Origin: the human T2T-CHM13v2.0 reference genome, Homo sapiens
Strand: one strand, 5' to 3'
DNA length: 64,000 bases
Assembly (NCBI RefSeq): GCF_009914755.1
Contig: NC_060947.1
Made by a program: the position numbers and the translations under genes. Shown here in pieces: positions 43,331 through 57,005 of this stretch (the first letter of the stretch is position 1; each line of letters opens with the position of its first letter). The notes under the pieces were generated by a model, which saw only the letters and a program-made list of their open reading frames with translations, searched no databases and had not been told where the DNA came from.

Positions 43331-44619
43331 CGCAGTTTCATCATTGTTGTGTGGGCATAAAAATCCCTCCTAGCGCTGTTTGCTGTGCACTTGTTGACTG
43401 AGGGCTGGCCTCTAAATGCAGACAGGACCGATGGGGGCAGATACGAGGGTGAGGGTGTCTGTATAGCTGAGCAAATGCTGAGCAGGAACACACAGCACGT
43501 TAACAATATGTACACCCACACGCATGCTGCTGGGAATGAGTGAAGAGGAAGCTGCCATGTTAGAATGGAGTTTGGGCCGGAGAGTCTCTGCATTTGTTAC
43601 TCACTGGTGGACGGAGGAAGCTGAATTCTAAAAGCCGTTTAATGAAGGAATGGTGAGGGCTGGGCAAACATGATTAGTCACAGAGCTCCAGGCCTAGGTT
43701 ATTTATTCTCTAGAGAAGCCCAGGGCTTGTGAGTGGGATGAATTGCTGACTGGCAAGCTGAGTAAATTTGACCAAGAGGCCTAAACTGAGGGGGAAACTG
43801 GTCTCTTTATGAGCTCTATTGACACTGAATAGAAATATGGGCTCCATTCCAATTTGTTTCCTAGCAAAATAAATACATAAATATCAAGAGAACTTCCTTG
43901 TTTTCAGAAAGAGGAAAGAGTTGAAGTTATTGTAAGTATAAAAGGCAAATGAAAAGGAGATGAGTGGTTTTGAGGATACGATAAAAATATCTCGGTAGGC
44001 AGTTACACGTAAGTGTAAGAGGATACTCTGAAATCTTTCCTGGCTGCGAGAGCGAGAGGAGTGGATTACAGCACCCAGCAAGGTTGTGGGTGTGATTATA
44101 TTCGCGGGTGTGCTGGACTTGGACACCGGACCAACTAACAGCATAAACCTTTGAAATAACGTGTTTGTTTTTGCCAAAATAACAACACGCTCATCTCCCT
44201 TAAAATGTCAACATTGCGTTAAAGTCTAGATCCAAATATGCATGGAAATATTTATTGAGTGAAAGAACGAACAATATATGTAATTTAGAACTATGAAGAG
44301 TTGCCGGTTTAAAGAAATCCTATGCATTTTAAGATACCTAGACAAACGCCCTGTTCCTGACACTGTTTAGCTCTCACATCTTACCACTGCATTTGCTTTA
44401 ATCAGGGATCTTAAGACTATCTTGTGGGCTCCTTCTTGGTAGGAGCTAAATTGTTACAACCAACATTTCACACTTTTCAAGCAGATAATAGCCTGCCCAC
44501 AGGTAGTGTGTATCTGTTATTACATATAATAAACCAAACATTGAAAAGTTAACTGATAGATCCTTTCACACTTTTAGTTTCTTACAGCAGTTTTGATCAT
44601 TTATCTATTTAATATTTTC

Positions 44620-45302
44620 ATGTCCTGATAATACATGGTTATTGTAAAAAATTTAGGAAATATAACCATAATGAAAATATGGAAATTACTGGTAGTCCAC
44701 TGTCAGAGATGAATATGATTATATTATGATGTATTTTCTCTAATCTAATTATATATGCCTATAGATCCTTCTCATTTGATGTTTCTTCCTGCACATTTTC
44801 TCAGCCATTCAAAAATTTTCAGACATGGTTATTATGATGGCTAGATCATTTCATCACATGGCCTGTACCACACTTTCTTTAAGTGTTCGCCCGGTGTCAA
44901 ACATTTAGATTCTGTCAAGTTTTTGTTATCAGAAATGACTCTTGGGTGAACATTCACTATGACAATCTTACATTTTTTTCCTCAGGCTGGAATCCCTAGG
45001 ATTGGGCATAAACAGTTTTTAAAGTTCTTAGAACATTTTCTTACATTCCTTTTTCTCAAAGTTATACCAATTACACTCCTGCCAAGTGGACATTAAGATG
45101 CCTGCTACTATTATCCTTAAAACGAAGTCAGCACAAGAATTTAAAAACAGGCTAGACATGGTGGTGTGTGCCTGTAGTCCCAGCTACGCAGGAGGCTGAG
45201 GTGGGAGGATCTCTTGAGCCCAGGAAGTCGAGGCTACAGTGAGCCATGATCACATCACTGCATTCCAGATGGGGCAACAGAGTGAGACGCCCGTCTCAAA
45301 AA

Positions 45303-45341
<39 letters not shown>

Positions 45342-45560
45342 ATATAAAAAGAATTTAAAAACAAACTTTTTTACTTTGGCAGGTGTAAAATGATTATCTC
45401 AGAGCTGTTTGCATTTCTTTGATTGTTAATTAAGCTAAAAAATTCAATGTGTTAATTGGTTATTTTTGTTTCTCCTGAAAATTGTTTGTTCATGTCCTTT
45501 GACCACTATTTTTCTATTTGTTTGCCATTTTATACTTGATAAGGATTTTTTGATACTAAA
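44620..45560 (-). mobile_element. L1ME remnant
   Basis: taatacatggttattgtaaaaa..; taccaattacactcc..; gtttgcatttctttgatt. Confidence 0.55.
45150..45348 (+). mobile_element. FRAM (free right Alu monomer) with (TAAA)n tail
   Basis: Monomer ggctagacatggtggtgtgtgcctgtagtccc..; 15-bp TSD aagaatttaaaaaca at 45135-45149 and 45349-45363. Confidence 0.88.
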
Positions 45561-46299
45561 AATATAGTTCTTTGTCATTAGTAGTAACCAATAAGAAACC
45601 CAATAGGAAAAAAGATGTTTGTAATAACAATATAAATTATAAAGTTCCTGAAAAGATTATAAGGAGAAAAGTTTCAAACTTTATTGAAGAACCTGATCAA
45701 TGGAAAGCTGGTTCCGTCTACACTTGGGAGACTTAATACTTTCTAGATGTCAGTTCCCCCTAGGGTAAGTTAAATTAAGTGTAGTTAAAACACAATACAT
45801 CTACAGGATTTTGGGGAAACTCAAAAGCAAATTGACCCTAAAGTTAATATGAAACAATGAAGTACACAAAAATCTTTTAACAATTTTGAAAGAGAGGAGC
45901 AAAACGTGGTGGGATAGTGGAGTGAGACCCCTTCTACTCGATATCAAGACATAGTGCAAGATTACAGCAATTTGAAAAGATGGCATTCACACAGAAATAG
46001 AAAAACTATTCTATGAACCAGAATAGAGAGTCCCCTTAAAAGAGAGCCATTGATATATAACATGACTTGTTTCACAATTCGATTGGGAAAAGAACGACTA
46101 TATTCAAAGAGTGGTGTTGGGACAATTGGCTCTTCATATGGAAAAAAGTTAAAATGACATCATATCTCAAAATAAATTCTGCTAAAGTTCTAAAGGTTAA
46201 AACGACAACAACAACAACAGCAGCAGCAGCAGCAATAACAAAACAAACGATGTTCTAAAAGAGAAGAATATATAGACCTTGATGACCTAGTATATGCAG

Positions 46300-46842
46300 C
46301 TATTATGTCTTGCCTGGACACTGCAGTACCCTTCCAATGAATCTCCCTGCCTTCTTTCATGCTTCTCTTCATCTCTTCTCTGCCCTGCAGAACACAGTGA
46401 CTCTTCTACCTTACAAGTAAGATAAGGTCTCTTTTCTGCCTCTTTACAGTGGCCCACAGATGTCCCTTGCCCTGTGTACCTCTCTCACTTCGTTTCCTAC
46501 CACTTGGCCTGCTCACTGACTTCCAGCCCCAGCGGCCTTCTTGTTGACTGCTCCTCAAACACTTCAGACATCTTTGCCATCTCAGAGCCTCTTCTTTGGC
46601 TTTTCCCTCTGCCTGTAATGCTCTTGTCCCTGATATGTGCATGGCTTTTATTCTCTTACTCCATCCAGGTCTCTGCTCAGCATAGCATCCCCTGACCGCC
46701 CTAGGTAAAGTTCCTCCCTATCCACTTACTCTTATTTACTTCTCTTCATAGCCTCTTCCCTCCTAGACAGTCAATTATATATTTATGTAAGCTCCACAAG
46801 AGCAGGGGCTTTGTCTGTCTTACATATTATTGTAAGTAATAG
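46300..46842 (+). mobile_element. L2 3' region (tail resumes 48301-48360)
   Basis: ttgcctggacactgcagt..; ttccctctgcctgtaatgctc; tgtaagctccacaagagcagggg. Confidence 0.7.
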
Positions 46843-48300
46843 TGTGTCCGGAATTGGTGGCTTCTTGGTCTCACTGACTTCAAGAATGAAGCCGCGGACC
46901 CTCACGGTGAGTGTTACAGCTCTTAAGGTGGCACGTCTGGAGTCTGTCCCTTCTGATGTTCAGATGTGTTCGGAGTTTCTTCCTTCTGGTGGGTTCGTGG
47001 TCTCGCTGGCTCAGGAGTGAAGCTGCAGACCCTCGCGGTGAGTGTTACAGCTCTTAAGGTAGCGCGTCTGGAGTTGTTCGTTCCTCCCGGTGGGCTCGTG
47101 GTCTTGCTGGGCTCAGGAGTGAAGCTGCAGATCTTCGCGGTGAGTGTTACTGCTCATAAAAGCATCGTGGACCCAAAGAGTGAGCAGTAGCAATATTTAT
47201 TGCAAAGAACGAAAGAACAAAGCTTCCACAGTGTGGAACGGCACCCGAGCTGGTTGCCAATGCTGGCTCGGGCAACCTGCTTTTATTCTCTTATCTGGCC
47301 CCACCCACATCCTGCTGATTGGTAGAGCCGAGTGGCCTGTTTTGTCAGGGCGCTGATTGGTGCATTTACAATCCCTGAGCTAGACCCAAAGGTTCTCCAC
47401 GTCCCCATCAGATTAGTTAGCTACAGAGTTTCGATTGGTGCACTCACAAACCTTGAGCTAAACACAGGGTGCTGATTGGTGTATTTACAATCCCTGAGCT
47501 AGACATAAAGGTTCTCCAAGGCCCCACCAGAGCAGCTAGATACAGAGTGTCGATTGGTGCACTCACAAACCCTGAGCTAAACACAGGGTGCTGATTGGTG
47601 TATTTACAATCCCTGAGCTAGATATAAAGACTCTCCACGTCCCCACCAGACTCAGGAGCCCAGCTGGCTTCACCTAGTGGATCCCGCACTGGGGCTGCAG
47701 GTGGAGCTGCCTGCCAGTCCTGTGCCGTGCGCTCGCATTCCTCAGCCCTTGGGCGGTCGATGGGACTGGGCGCCGTGGAGCAGGGGGTGGTGCTCGTCGG
47801 GGAGGCTTGGGCTGCACAGGAGCCCATGGAGGCGGTGGGAGGCTCAGGCATGGCGGGCTGCAGGTCCCGAGCCCTGCCCCGCGGGAAGGCAGCTAAGGCT
47901 CGGTGAGAAATCGAGCACAGCGCCGGTGGGCCGGCACTGCTGGGGGACGCAGTACACCTTCCGCAGCCACTGGCCCGGGTGCCAAGTCCCCCATTGCCCG
48001 GGGCCAGCAGGGCTGGCTGGCTGCTTCCAGTGCGGGGCCCACCAAGCCCACGCCCACCCGGAACTCCAGCTGGCCCGCAAGTGCCGCACACAGCCCTGGT
48101 TCCCGCTCGTGTCTCTCCCTCCACACCTCCCTGCAAGCTGAGGGAGTGGGTTCCGGCCTTGGCCAGCCCAGAAAGGGGCTCCCACAGTGCAGTGGGGGAC
48201 TGAAGGGCTCCTCAAATGCCACCAAAGTGGGAGCCCAGGCAGGGGAGGTGCCGAGAGCAAGTGAGGGCTCTGAGGACTGCCAGCACGCTGTCACCTCTCA
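46843..48300 (-). mobile_element. LTR12C-type ERV9 solo LTR
   Basis: Minus strand starts tgagaggtgacagcgtgctggcag and ends ccaattccggacaca; tandem ctgattgg repeats; 4-bp TSD atag/acag. Confidence 0.95.
47270..47625 (-). promoter_or_regulatory. LTR12 U3 NF-Y (CCAAT) array and AATAAAA TATA-like box, directed leftward
   Basis: Six attgg boxes between 47318 and 47598; ttttatt at 47281-47287. Confidence 0.7.
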
Positions 48301-48621
48301 ACAGTAGAACAAATAACAAAGTAGACACTCAGTAAACATTTTTTCAATAAATTAATGAGTGATCTTGGGTTAGCTTCCTTCCTTTCTTTATTCCTTCCTT
48401 TCCTCCCTCTCTCTCTTCCTGTCTCTCTCTCTCTACTCCTCTTCCCTTCTTTCTTTCAAGAAGACACAGAAAGTGCAAACATAAAAGAAAAAATGGTAAA
48501 TTTGTGTATTAAAATATAAATAATTTGTTTGGCACATGAGATCACAAACATGTTAAAAGCCATATGATGAGCAGGAGAAGTATTCAAAATATATATAACT
48601 GACAAAGATTAGCATCTAGAA

Positions 48622-49171
48622 CAGGGGTTCCCAACCCCTGGGCTATGGACTGCTATCAGTCCATGACCTGTTGGGAACTGGGCTGCAAAGCAGGAGGTGA
48701 GTGGTGGGTGAGCAAAGCTTCATCTGTATCTACAGCTGTTCCGCGTCGCTCGCATTACTGCCTGAGCTCTGCCTCCTGTCAGATAAGCTGCATTAGATTC
48801 TCATAGGAGCTTGAACCCTATTGTGAACTGCGCAGGCAAGGGATCTAGCTTGTGTGCTCCTTATGAGAATCTAATGCCTGATGACCTGTCACTGTCTCCC
48901 ATCACCCTCACATGGGACCATCTGGTTGCAGCAAAACTGCAAGTTTTTCTGGAGTTCAGGGCTCCCACTGATTCTACATTATGATGAGTTGTATAATTAT
49001 TTCATTATGTATTTCAATGTAATAATAATAGAAATAAAGTGCACAATAAATGTAATGCACTTGAATCAACCCGAAACCATCCTCGCTGCCCCCTCCCTTC
49101 CACCCCTGGTCTGTGGAAAAATTGTCCTCCATAAAACCAGTCCCTGGTGCCAACAAGGTTGGGGACCATTG
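48622..49171 (+). mobile_element. MER1A hAT-Charlie element
   Basis: TIRs caggggttcccaacc / ggttggggaccattg; 8-bp TSD atctagaa/atcaagaa. Confidence 0.92.
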
Positions 49172-49664
49172 ATCAAGAATATGCCAAGAACTCTTATAAA
49201 TCAATAAGCAAGAGACAAATAGTGCAATAGTAATGAATAAAATATATGGCTAGGCGATTCAACAGAGGAGGAATCTGAATGGCAGGCAGACATGTGAAAA
49301 GATGTTTAACCTCATTATCAGGAAAGTACAGCGTAAAACAACAATGAGATACTGTTTTCCATCTTTGTGAATGGCAAGAAAGAAGTTGAAACATATCAGG
49401 TGTTTGCAAGGACAAGGGGAAATGAAACTTCCATACATTGCTTTTGGAAGTATATGTGGTGTTTTGGTTACTTGGAGGCAAGTAACGGAGGATTCAGTCA
49501 AACTAGCTCACACAATAAGAAAATGTATTGTCTTACATTAGTCCTGAGGCAGGACAGGTTCCAGGACTGATTCATTTGGTGACTTGATAATAGCTAAAAA
49601 GAACTCAAGTTGTTTTTATCTTTCCTTTTTGCCATCTTTAATGTTGGTTTCAGTCTCAGCTGGT

Positions 49665-50371
<707 letters not shown>

Positions 50372-50799
50372 GATGGGTAACAGGGCCACGGAAGTTCTAG
50401 ATGTGACATCTAGGCAGTTCAACATTCAGACTAATTTGCAATTTACATTCAGAAGCTAGGTCTCGCCCTTAGGATCTAAGAAACATTCTCCAAAAGGCCC
50501 CTAATTAACTTTTCATGTCTTAATGGCCAGAAATGAGTCAGACGCCCATTCCTGAAATAAGCACTGGCAAGGAGGATGGAATTTCCATGATGGGCTCAGG
50601 GCTCAGACTAATAATATGGGGAGGCACAGATGCTGGGTAATCAGACAAAATGTCCACTTTGGAGAACAATTTATAGCATGTACAAAATAGAAAATGCACA
50701 TATCATATGAACCTTTAGTTAAATATCCTGTGGTTATTTTTTTCACAGGCATGGGAGGTGGGGAGACACGTACACCAATGTTCATTGCAGTATTTTTGA

Positions 50800-53050
50800 G
50801 GGATCTTTTGAACTATAATTTATAAACAATAAAATTCACCCATTTTAAGATGAGTTTTGACAAATTTGTATACTCACATAACTACCACTTCAATCAAGTC
50901 ATAGAATGTTTCTATCACCCCAAAAGTTCACTTCTGCCCCATCCCAGTCAATCATCCTCTCTCCCAGCCCCCAACCCTACCCTCAGGGAACCACTGGTCT
51001 GCCCCATCACTATAGATTAGGTTTGTCTTTTTTTAGAGTTTCACAGAAATTGAATCATACATTATGCATCTGGTTTCTTTTGCTCAGCATAATGTGATTG
51101 AAATTCTTCATGTCTTTGCATGTATCAGTTAGTGATTCTTTTTTATTGATGAGTAGCATTCCACTGTATGGACATATCACAATTTATTTATTCATTCACC
51201 TGTTGATGGGCATTTAAGTTGTTTCCAAATTTTGGCTGTTATGAATAAAGTTGCTGTGAACATTGATGTACAAGTCTTTGTATGGACATCTGTATTTACT
51301 TTTCTTGGGAAATAGAAATACGCAGGAGTGAAATTGCTGGGTTGTGCCCTAACTGTATGTTCAACTTTTTTAAAAACTGCAAAACTGTTCTCCAAAGTGG
51401 TTGTACCATTTTTAATTCTCACCAGTAATATATAAAGGTTCCAGTTGTTCTGCATCATTGTCAACACTTGTTATAGTCTTTTTAATTTTGAATCTGTTCT
51501 AATGGATGTGTAATGGTATCTCCACGTGATTTTGATTTGCATCTTCCTAGTGACTAATGATGTGAAGCATCTTTTTGTGTGCTTATTGACCATTTGCATA
51601 TATTCTTTTATAAAGTGTTCAACTCTTTTGGTGCATTTTAAATTTAGATTGTTCGTCTTATTTTTATTGAATTCTAAGAGTTCTCTATACAACCTGTATA
51701 CAAGTCTTTTGATATGTATAAAATTTTCTACTAGCTATGGCTTATCTTTTCTTTTTCTTCATAGGCTCTTTTGAACAGTAGAAGTTTTAAATTTTGATGA
51801 AGTTCAACTTATCAATTTTTTTCTTTTATGGTTCACGTTTTTGTGCCCTAAGGAATCTTTGCCATCAAGGTCATGAAGATATTCTTCTATGTTTTCTTTT
51901 AGAAATTTTATAATTTTACCTTTTGCATTTAGGTCTATGATCCATGTTGAGTTAAGTTTTTTGAGTGATGTGAGGTAAGAGCTGAGGTTAATCATTTTCC
52001 AAGTGGATATCTTGTTCCAGCACTGTTGCTGAAAAGATTATTTCTCCATGTGATTACCTTGGTACTTTTATGGAAAATCAATTGGTCATATATGTGTAGA
52101 TCTATTCCTGGACACTCTACTCTGTTCCATTGATCTATATGTCTATCACTTCACCAATACCGTTCCGTAGTACTGTTCTTGATTACTGTAGCTTTATAGT
52201 AAGTCTTGAATCAGGTAGTATAAGTCTTCTAATTTTGTTCATTTTTAAGTCTAATTTTGTTCATCATAAGTCCTTTGTATTTCCATATAAATTTTAGAAT
52301 TGGTTTGTCAGTTTCTAAAAAAAAAGCTTTCTGGGATTTTGATTGTGATTGCATTGAATGTATAGATTAATGTGGAGAGAATTGCGTCTTAACAAGATTG
52401 AGTCTTCCAATCCACGAGTACGGTATATTTTCCCATTTATTTAGTTCATCTTTAATTTCAGGCATAAATGTTTTACAGTTTTCAGTGTGCATCTAAATTG
52501 CAAGTTTGTTAAATTTATACTTAAGAATTCCATATTTTTGTTGCTATTGTAAATGGTAATGTTTTTTAATTTAAATTGCTAATTGTTTATTGCTAGCATA
52601 TAGAAATACAATTAAATTTTGTATATAGACCTTGTATCCTATGACCTTACTAAATTCATTTATCAGCTCTAATAGGTTTTTCTATAGATTCCTTAGGATT
52701 TTCTATACATGTCACCATGTCATCTGCAAATAAATATAGTTTTACTTTTTCCTTGTCGATCTGTTCTTTTATTCATTTTTCTTGCTTTATTTCACTGGCC
52801 AAGACCCTTAGTACGATGTTGAATACAAGCGGCAAGTAGATATTCTTGCTTTGGTCTGGACCTTGGGGGGAAGCATTCAGTCTTTCCCCATTAAGTATGA
52901 TGAAAACCACAGGTTTTTCTTAGATATTCCTTATCAGGTTAAGGAAGTTCCCTTCTATTCCTAGATTGCTGAGAGATTTTATCATAAGTTGGTGTTGAAT
53001 TTTGTCAAATGCATTTTTCTGCAGTCGTTTGAGATAAACATCGGTTTCCT
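50800..53050 (-). mobile_element. Old L1M (MB/MC/ME) 3' UTR plus decayed ORF2, ~2.2 kb
   Basis: Minus ORFs 51192-51467, 51471-51692 and 51804-51995 resemble ORF2p C-terminal pieces (TTLENS, WKQLKCPS, STWIIDLN). Confidence 0.85.
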
Positions 53051-53237
53051 CTTTTGTCTTAATTACAGCATTGGTTTTAATAGTGAAAAATTAGAAACAA
53101 CATAAATGTACCTCAATAAATCATGTTCACGCCATGAAATAGTATATAATAGCTAAAAATGATAAACATTTCTGTCTATATCAACATGGATAGGACTTAA
53201 ATACTCAATATATATAGTGAAGAAACAGGATAATACC

Positions 53238-54300
53238 TGTGGCAGACATTTGTGGTTATTTTTGGTGGGGAGTACTCAGCCTCTAAACACTCTTCCTCTT
53301 TTAGGGGAACCCCTTTTTTCAACCAGAGAAAGAAAGCACACCAGAAATTTTAACAGAGAGAATTTAATTTAAAGAATTGTCAATTAGGTATTGGACAACT
53401 GAAAGCAAAAAGGAGCCACTAAGGACTACCACCCCTAAGGATGGATGAACCAAGGGAAAAGGTTGGAATCTTCAAAACGTAGAGGCTTGGAGGAGGAGCC
53501 CCATGGGGCATAAACTTGGACCTCTGAGGAGGATGAGGGCTGAATGCCTGGTACTGGAGTCTTTGAGCTCAGAGTGGGCATGATGAGCTGGTTCTGGGAG
53601 TGTTGGAAATATTGCAATCAGGAATTTACTGCTACCACAGGCATGAATCACCACTGCTGGGGTGAAAAAGCATTACTAAAGTAATGCTGACAGGCATAGG
53701 AAGTAAATAGGATGGAACATTGACCTTTCTTTCTTCCCCAGACTTTTAGGGTCCTCTATTGGCAGAGTCAATATAGGGAGCAAGTGATGAAGGAGAAATG
53801 AAGTTTACAGAAAAAGAGAGTCTCAGCCCTGACATCACAAAGGGATATACAGGAGCCTGCGCTTGAAGCAGCGATAAAATAGCTTCATAACTAGCACTCT
53901 CCTATTTTGTGAGTATTTTTGGGAGACAGTGTCTTGCTTCTGTAAGGGGCTCAGATACGCCCTCTCCCCGGCCTTTGCAGCTAGAGTGCAACCTAGGCCA
54001 CCTGAATGGACTTTGAATCTTGAGAGAGTGATGCTAAAATTCAGGAAGAGTTGAAAAATTACTCGTGGTTGAAACAGCACATTGAGAGGCCAGAAGCGGG
54101 GGTGTCTAATGTGCAGGGAAGGTAGGAGCGATGGTGACACCTAAAACTGTTCCTGTGCTGTAACCTGGCTGTGCTTCCTGTTGTCCAGCTGTCTTTGCAC
54201 TTGCTCATCTTATGAAACCATCTCCAGACTTTCCTTCTATCTGCTACTGACTCAATAACCAGTAAATCCTTTTTCTGCTCTCTTGCATCCAAGCACTCAA
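53238..54300. mobile_element. Nested ancient LTR remnants (family unresolved)
   Basis: tgtggcagac start; aacagagagaatttaatttaaagaattg insert; cagtaaatcctttttctgct end. Confidence 0.4.
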
Positions 54301-54859
54301 ACTGAGAAAATATCATGCGTGCAAATGTTAACAGATAAGCACAAGCAAATATTATAAAACCTTAATTTTGTTAATAATCAACTTGTTAATTCTGGGTGAT
54401 GGGGCTAGAGGAGTTTATGTTTTTCTTTGTACTTTTATAACTTTCTAAGTTTCAAAAACAAATTAAAATTTTAACACCTGTGTGAAAATTACTTTTAAAA
54501 TTTCATAAAAGGCAAAAATTGGCTAAATACCCACCTCTATTTTCTTTTCCTTTTCTTATATTTTAAAAAGATGCCTCTAACCGTCAAATGTATCTGAAAA
54601 TTAATTGGTAGATATAGAAAGTGAGGCCTCTATCTATGGTTTTTTTTTTCTAAATAATCAATTTTCCCAGCATCAAATTTCCCAGTCCCATTTACCAAGT
54701 AGTACTAACCTGAGTAATTTTTTAAAGTTGTGCTGCATTTCTGGTGCTGCATAGGTCTTGTGGTAATAGGTTTGGACAAGTTTAGTAATACCAGCCAGAG
54801 CTACACACCATTTCAAACCCTAAATTCCAACTATTGATTTGTTTCCATATTCTCCTACT

Positions 54860-55260
54860 ACAGGTTGAGTTCTCCAAGAAGCAGGCTCTGAGACAGAGTT
54901 TAGTGGGAAGGATGTTTATGAAGTGTGCCCTTGAGGCCAACACCTGTGGAAGGGAGGAGAGGAAAGGGGAGAGAGAAGTCGGCCTGTGAAGCGGGCCCAG
55001 CTCAGGGCCCAGCTCCCATGAGAGAGGTGGGCTACTAAAACGGCCCATCAAAGTTGCCCTGTGTCAAGCCTAAATGGTCAGGCCTTCATACTCCTGCCTT
55101 TCCAGGGTCAAGGCTGCCCTGGGAAGGGTGTGCCTTAGGGCCCAGGAGTCTCTCTGCAGCTGAGGCATCTCCAGAGGAGCCCGCAGCTGGAGGCTGCCTG
55201 CTGACAGCATTTTCAGCAGCAGGTATGAGGAGCCCTCCACTGAAGGGGGCTCCAGCGATG
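54860..55260 (-). mobile_element. LTR16A-like ERVL LTR
   Basis: gaagcaggctctgagacagagtttag..caacacctgtggaaggga..tcaggccttcatactcc. Confidence 0.75.
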
Positions 55261-56814
55261 AAGCTCCCATATTCACTGCATGCCTTAACATTCCAGAAAT
55301 GTGCTCTGTGTGTCAGGCCTATGCTGGGGCATGTTCACATTTGTTATATCATACAATTCTCACAACACTCTGAGGTATGTATTGTGTTTTGCATTTTACG
55401 CGAGGAAACTTGGCTTGTGTTTGTTTTTCCCAATGAAAACCTAGCATGGGGCAATATTTCACAGGTGGCCAACTACTTGGAGCAGTCTTCCTGCTTATGT
55501 AGAGGAAGAGAGCCAACTCTTTATCAGGGAGTGTAGGAAATTTGGACTCGATGTTCCGCTTTTAACTTCCTCTTGTATCTTAGGGCCATCACTCTTCTCT
55601 CCTTACTGTCATTCCTGCTTTCATTTTAGTTTATAATTTTAAAAAGAGGTATAAGTTGAAACAAGACTAGTGAGAGCTATAAGGAATTCTCATTTCTCTT
55701 TTCCTGTTAAGATTTTGGCAATGGGGTAGGTTATCTTGCCCTGATAAATATAAGTAGGATTGTACCAAGAGAATTGATATCTTACTTCTCTGCTTCCATG
55801 CCCCAGAGTTGCTTCCCTGCCTTTCATTGAATTTCTCATTAGTCAGCAACTGATGTCCCAGCCACATGGCACATAGAGGTGACTCAATTCATTATCTGAT
55901 GATCTGGAAAGTCAACACCGGCAGGGCAGTGCTCAAGTATCATTAAGAGAAGCAAATGGGTACCTATTAGAACTTTGGAAGACATTTCTGCTAGGGAAGT
56001 GGTGAACACAGCTTTCTCTTTGAGCAGTTTGACAGGGAGACTGAAGAAAGCCAGATATCAAGAGAAAACAAGTGGGAATGAGGCCAGCCCAAGGTCGCAT
56101 GAAACAAGAGGAAGATGACAGGAGCAAACTTCAGGACTGGCTCTCACATCAATTTATGAGACTGAAGCCAGCATTTTGGGCCACGGTTTCTTTCTCTGCA
56201 AAACTTCCTCAAAGCTCTGTGTTTCTACAGCGTCACTTGAAAAGAGAGGCAGAGCCAATTTTTTTTTTAAAAACTACATGCAATCATAAAAAGAGGAAGT
56301 AGAGGGATTGATGAAGTGTTCCTATTACTTCGGTTCTTCAAATCATGTGAATCTGCTAAGACAGTCAAATTTGTTTCATATTAAGATTTGATGACCATTT
56401 CTACTGATGAGGGGAGGGAGGATTGTTCAGTATTTCAGAAAATGAAGACCTCAAGTCAGTTTTCTTTTGGTGAGTTTTATAAAGCTTAGCCTTGTGGTGG
56501 CCATCTTTATACTTGGAAAGGGTGAAACTGACATTTTCACAATGAAACTTCTGAAGAAGTTGGCCCATTATAGGGAGAATTCTATATTCCTGGATATAGC
56601 AGATTATGGCTCACATTTAATAAAAATACTTTGTTGGCACAAATAAAAAGACGACAGTATAGTAATTCAGATGAGCAAAGGCACAAGAGGTGGAATTAAT
56701 TTTTTAAAAATACAAAGATGTGGACCTCACAGAGACTCTCTGCTATGACGATTGAAAGGAAATGGAGGCTTCTACTTTTTATTTAGTAAAAGTAATGTCA
56801 ATGAGCTTATGGAC

Positions 56815-57005
56815 GTTAGTGTGGTGCCCTAGCTTCAGATTCACTAGCTCCCAATTTGCTAGCTATGTGTCTTTGGGAAATCTACTGAACCTCTTTGAGC
56901 CTTGGTTTCTGCAGCTTCAAAATGAAGATAATATTAGTACCTAGCCTTCTGAGGATTAAAAGGGCCTGAACAGTGCCTGACACAAAATAGCAGTTCAAAA
57001 ATAGA
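56815..57005 (+). mobile_element. MIR
   Basis: gctagctatgtgtctttggg..aacctctttgagccttggtttc..aaaatgaagataata. Confidence 0.7.

Larger units (their letters stand above)
45580..49450 (+). mobile_element. Decayed L1M ORF2 3' region in pieces (45580-46290, 48460-48620, 49180-49450)
   Basis: ORF 46067-46258 keeps FKEWCWDNWLFIWKK (cf. L1 [15 protein letters not shown]). Confidence 0.65.

Noticed and set aside
46200-46240. (ACA)n(GCA)n triplet run suggesting a polyQ/polyA exon
   Set aside because: Short microsatellite inside a decayed L1M fragment with no splice context.
47618-48307. Overlapping 130-170 aa ORFs and an apparent CpG island
   Set aside because: All lie in the GC-rich U3 of LTR12; stop-poor by composition, not a host gene.
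52224-52266. tctaattttgttcat duplicated within the old L1; similar micro-duplications near 10697, 10741, 35867 and 42439
   Set aside because: Ordinary slippage-scale duplications with no further structure.
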